Positions 59,701 through 64,000 of a stretch of 64,000 bases of DNA are shown here, one piece after another (the first letter of the stretch is position 1; every line of letters begins with the position of its first letter). Both the position numbers and the translations under genes were made by a program. The DNA comes from Tubiluchus corallicola. Its lineage: Eukaryota; Animalia; Priapulida. Below the pieces are notes generated by a model that was given only the letters and a program-made list of their open reading frames with translations, did no database searches and was not told where the DNA came from. The stretch spans positions 372,001 to 436,000 of the forward strand of contig JAQGDQ010000139.1 in assembly GCA_030141605.1 (NCBI GenBank), read 5' to 3'.

Positions 59701-61685
59701 CTCTAGATGTTCATTGTTTTTTCCATGCTGTTTTTGCGTAATGACTTGCAAGACTTAACAGGGGAACAAATTGAAAGGCACTTAGTTTTATTTCGTCCAA
59801 TTTTGCTCTTTGGTTACAGTCTAGTTTTTAATCCTGATTAGTGATAGCATTTGTTAAGTTTAAACTATCAGCACAATATATTTTTGTCTCCACTTAAAAT
59901 GAATATTTTGGTACTGAATACTGTGAATAAATGAATACTATAATTGCAAAACTAGACTGCTTAGAGGTGTGAATTCTGTACCTCCGTTGTCAGATGGCAA
60001 CTCTACTGCATATGTGTTACATAGAAATGATTTTTCCACTTCTCCTGAAACAAAAGTGCAAAAAACCTATCATATGTTGTACTTGGTTTGTTCTCGAAGT
60101 TATGTGCTTCACTCTGGTCATGTGAAATAGTGTTCACTTATTTGATATACAGAAGTTTCTGTTATACTGCATTTCTGTTATTTACGTTATTGTGGTACTC
60201 TAATAGAGAAATGAACTTCATTAAAACATTAGCTAGTAGTAGCAGCTGTTTATCTTGCACCACTGTTTAAACCAAACCTATTTATGTTGATCAAATGTAA
60301 TTATTGATGTTGCAAGGTTGTCAGTAGTTTTGAAATTTAGTTCTAGTCATAGTACTGTTTGACACAAGTGCAGCTTTGAGTTTATTTACTCCTTATACAT
60401 AATCTAAGAATTACTGATATCCACTGATATTCTTATCATTATTTGAAATTATACAAAAGGTTAAAAAATAAATCATTCATTTATACATGGGCATATATAT
60501 AGTTATTTTATATAAATAATAAAATTAATGGTGTGTAATAATATTTGTATTTTATGCAGAAATGATGAAATTGTTAGTTTTGTAATTAATGAAAGTTACA
60601 AAACACAGAAGTTAATAATAGATTGATATCAAATTGTGATAGCGAAAATGTCTAATTTTTTTAATTGCCTTTATGATTTACATGTTTTCTAGACAATTGT
60701 GATAATTCAGTTGTGATTATCGACTCTGTGATAATTAAGATATTAATTAGTTTTGTGGTAGAAATAAAGCTTTGTGTTGCAATTGTAAAGAGAGTTCTTG
60801 GTGAATTCCTTTTAGATAATGTTGTACTGAATAATGAAACTACTCTTACATTGCAACTTTTTGCGAAGTCTTAGATAACATTTGGAAACTTGCTTATTTG
60901 TGTCTGAGATTTATCAAGCTTCAAGAAGTATGTTACGACCAAGTGTGGACGAGTTCCTTAACTTGATAATCTTTGTTTATTGTATGACGGAGGTTTTCAA
61001 CAGGCCTGGGCACCACTCATGATTTCATGATGTATAGAAATCTATTCTAATGCCAGTCACTGTCAGAACAGTAAAAATTAATAATTATGTAGCAGAAACT
61101 GTACATATTCTTTTGTACTTTTCCATGCGCGCATGCTTTAATATTGTAATTGCTGGCCTACTATTTGGTGTGGCATTTCGAAAAAGTCCTAATTTACTGC
61201 CCCAAAAATATTTTGAGTCTTGTGAGCTTATTACACAGAAATAGCGCTTTTAGTCTTGCATGCACTTGTTACACAGAAAAAACTAAACTAACTACAAGGT
61301 CATTAAAAACACTGTCAATGAAGTTAAATTTATTATAATCATATTCGTGAAATGAGCACATACTAATTAATAAATATAGTAACTTTTTAGCAGGTAAAAT
61401 AAGATTTTCTGATCTGTATAAGGAACAACAATTTTAAACAAAATGCTACATTTAGAAAAAGATGTTCCATTCAATTTTTACACTACATACTTTGAACATA
61501 ATAGTTTCTGGGGCTTACACTACGACAGTATAAGATATTAGAACCTATTAAGCAGACTCCAAGAAGTTTACTTGTAATGATAAAAATGAGAACCAATTAC
61601 GTTTACCCACAGCAACGATAATTTTTTTGTAATAATTCTTCAATAATCGACTAATTATAAATGCTACTTAAAATAAAAAAATGAG

Positions 61686-61688
<3 letters not shown>

Positions 61689-61726
<38 letters not shown>
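61689..61726. repeat. (AT)n microsatellite
   Basis: Directly visible; similar tracts occur at about 40788-40812 and 41620-41640. Confidence 0.95.
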
Positions 61727-61728
<2 letters not shown>

Positions 61729-62562
61729 CTAGTTTAAAAGTAAGAGTTAAAATGAAAATTTGAAATTACTTGCCATTACTCTCTTTATTGTAAATGTTCA
61801 CATGAATATCACAATTTTAATCTTTATGATATTATTATATAGCACATGTCAAGGGTCAAATTAAATTATATCATATCAGTTTTAAATCTTTATATTATAC
61901 TGCACATGTCAAGCATGAAATTAAATTATATCATAATTAATATAACGTACAAGCCAAATCAATTCTAGAAAATTTCAAAGACCATGCTTTTTCTGCCTGT
62001 TTAATTAAAGAATTTTTCTTTGTGAAATTTGACTGCCTTTAAATTGGCTCATACACAGTATAATAAATCTCCAATTCATCAACCATTGTTAGAACACGAT
62101 AGTATCACTCTAGCAAAACAAGATATTAGATGCACATTACTTTGATTAATCTCGAAAATTAGAAAGATTAAATTAAAAATCACAATAATAAACTTGTCTG
62201 AAGGATAGAATAATATTTGTGAAATATCTAAAACTCTTAATTATGTAACTTGATACACATGGCACTTTGCAGCCATTTTAGTTCATTTACAATTGCTGTA
62301 ACTTTCAAATCTGCCAATGTGCACTAAAACTAAAAGCAGAATGTCCGCAATTGAGAGTCAAAAAGGAGAATGAATAACGAACACACAAAATCACATTTTG
62401 GTCGAATTATTTTTAACCATAATTATGACTGGCTTTTAGTACACCATTGATCTAAAATATCGAGTGTTGTCTGGGTTCTGCTTCTTTTATATCAAAATCA
62501 TCAATCAGAATGTACTTATAAGGTAACTTTATCAAGTGTTGTAAATGATACAGAATTTGATT

Positions 62563-63602
62563 TTAAGCAGAAGTTTTCTTGGGATAATGAAGTTTCAGAA
62601 AAGTAATGCGCCCCAACATGTCTCCAGCTACAATCATGTTCTCTTTTGCCTGCATGGCCGTTATTTCTGTCCTGGCTGTGTACTGTCCAAGCTGAAAACA
62701 AAACAGTATGTCAGTATCCTTTATACATGCTTACACAACATGTTCAACAATTATTGACAAGCATGCCCTTTGTTGCTCTTATATACCTAACATTTATATA
62801 TACAGTACTGTTTATTTTAATGAGATTTATATTTTTTACTAATAGTTTCCTTTTTTCATTTTATAGAAGGCAATTTTCAGTACAGGAAGGAGATTTTCTA
62901 AACCACTCTAGAAACAAATAAAACTAGTTAGTTAATTCATCATTTCTTATATATTCCAGTTTAGCTGATTTGAGCTTTTGGAATTAATGACTCAAGAGTT
63001 GAAGAAGGAAACTGTCTCAGGGAACATTTCCAGTCCTGGTATAGAGTTTAGGAACTCATCCTATATCCTATTAAGCACAGAGGCAATCTTTTTTATGTTG
63101 TCTTATAGTTTAAATTAAGTAAATAGTAGGTTTGTTTTGCAATACTTGAATTTGAAATCAGAATTATATCATTGTATATTCTTATTCATGGCACATCATC
63201 ACTTTTTGCAAAAGCCGTTTAGGAGCTCATCAGCCAAAACGAAGTTTATTTGTAGTTGTAAATGTGCGGCACGCTAGCTGTGTGATTATTCTTTTTTATA
63301 TACTTTCATAACCAGTTGGGCCTACTACTGAAACTTAATTTTGCTATGGTGCCATGTATAGAGAGCAGCTATAGTGTAGTGCACTTATCACAGACTTAAG
63401 GGTTTCACATACATGTTACTTTAAATTGCGTCCAGACACATTTAATCGAGCAAAGACTAAGCATAGTTAAAAATGTTCTATGAATACATACCTGTTTGTA
63501 AGTGTTTGTGTGCCAAAGTTTTATCTTCTTATCATTTGAGCCAGTCACAAGCAAATTTCCCTGATCAATGAGAACTATACATGTAATTTTGTCATTGTGA
63601 AT
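62563..63602 (-). CDS. Last two exons of a WD40-repeat protein, TEP1-like (or NACHT-WD40); 5' part beyond the window
   Basis: Exons 63492-63602 (IHNDKITCIVLIDQGNLLVTGSNDKKIKLWHTNTYKQ) and 62563-62691 (LGQYTARTEITAMQAKENMIVAGDMLGRITFLKLHYPKKTSA*), phase 0, GT-AG. The WD repeat plus terminal GDxxGxxxFL resembles the TEP1 C-terminus as I recall it. Confidence 0.75.
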
Positions 63603-64000
63603 CTGCAAAATGAAAAGCATTTAATGTTGAGATAAATACAATATACAGTATATTTCAAGGGTGCAAACTTGGAACTGTTACTCTAATTAGATCCATACAA
63701 CAAGTCAAAATAACTGAGGACTGTATTGGTTTAATATATGGTGCACATCTTGTGTAACAATACTGTAAGTATGTTTAACTTAATACTTGATTTAACACAA
63801 AACGTCTTACGGCAAATTCCTATGCATTGTTAGTGGTATGGTTTCATTTGGTATAGAATGATTTAGTGCATCAGTTTTGCAGATAATGCACAAAATTAAA
63901 ACCTGTCCGAAATGTTAATACAACTGCAGTAGATTTGTTAGGTACTAGGTAGGTCTACAAATTCTTGTTAATTTTCAGCTAGTATTTGGTGTCACTGGAG

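Overview
AT-rich genomic DNA from an animal, probably a protostome invertebrate; it is not prokaryotic and has no CRISPR array or rRNA. Spliced and intronless nuclear genes are interspersed with transposons. The genes are NDUFS2 (complex I 49-kDa subunit, minus strand, 3' exons outside the window), a 6-exon cytosolic sulfotransferase (+), an intronless mitochondrial EF-Tu of the EF-Tu2 type (-), intronless PDE12 (+), a divergent 5-exon POU-domain gene (+) and the last two exons of a TEP1-like WD40 gene (-). Mobile elements include a full-length RTE LINE with a 10-bp TSD, whose first nucleotide is G1 of a complete HDV-like ribozyme. There are also a 5'-truncated RTE with an intact ORF, several degraded LINEs, a MULE-like MITE nested in a tRNA-derived SINE, and Helitron-like elements with internal tandem repeats. 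The most interesting observation is that NDUFS2 carries two tandem 75-nt paralogous exons (4660-4734 and 4270-4344). Both have intact splice sites and mostly synonymous divergence, and they encode alternative versions of the segment containing the cluster-N2 redox-Bohr histidine. This is a candidate mutually exclusive splicing switch in the catalytic core of complex I. All exon models and alignments were made by eye and are not confirmed by RNA data or database searches.
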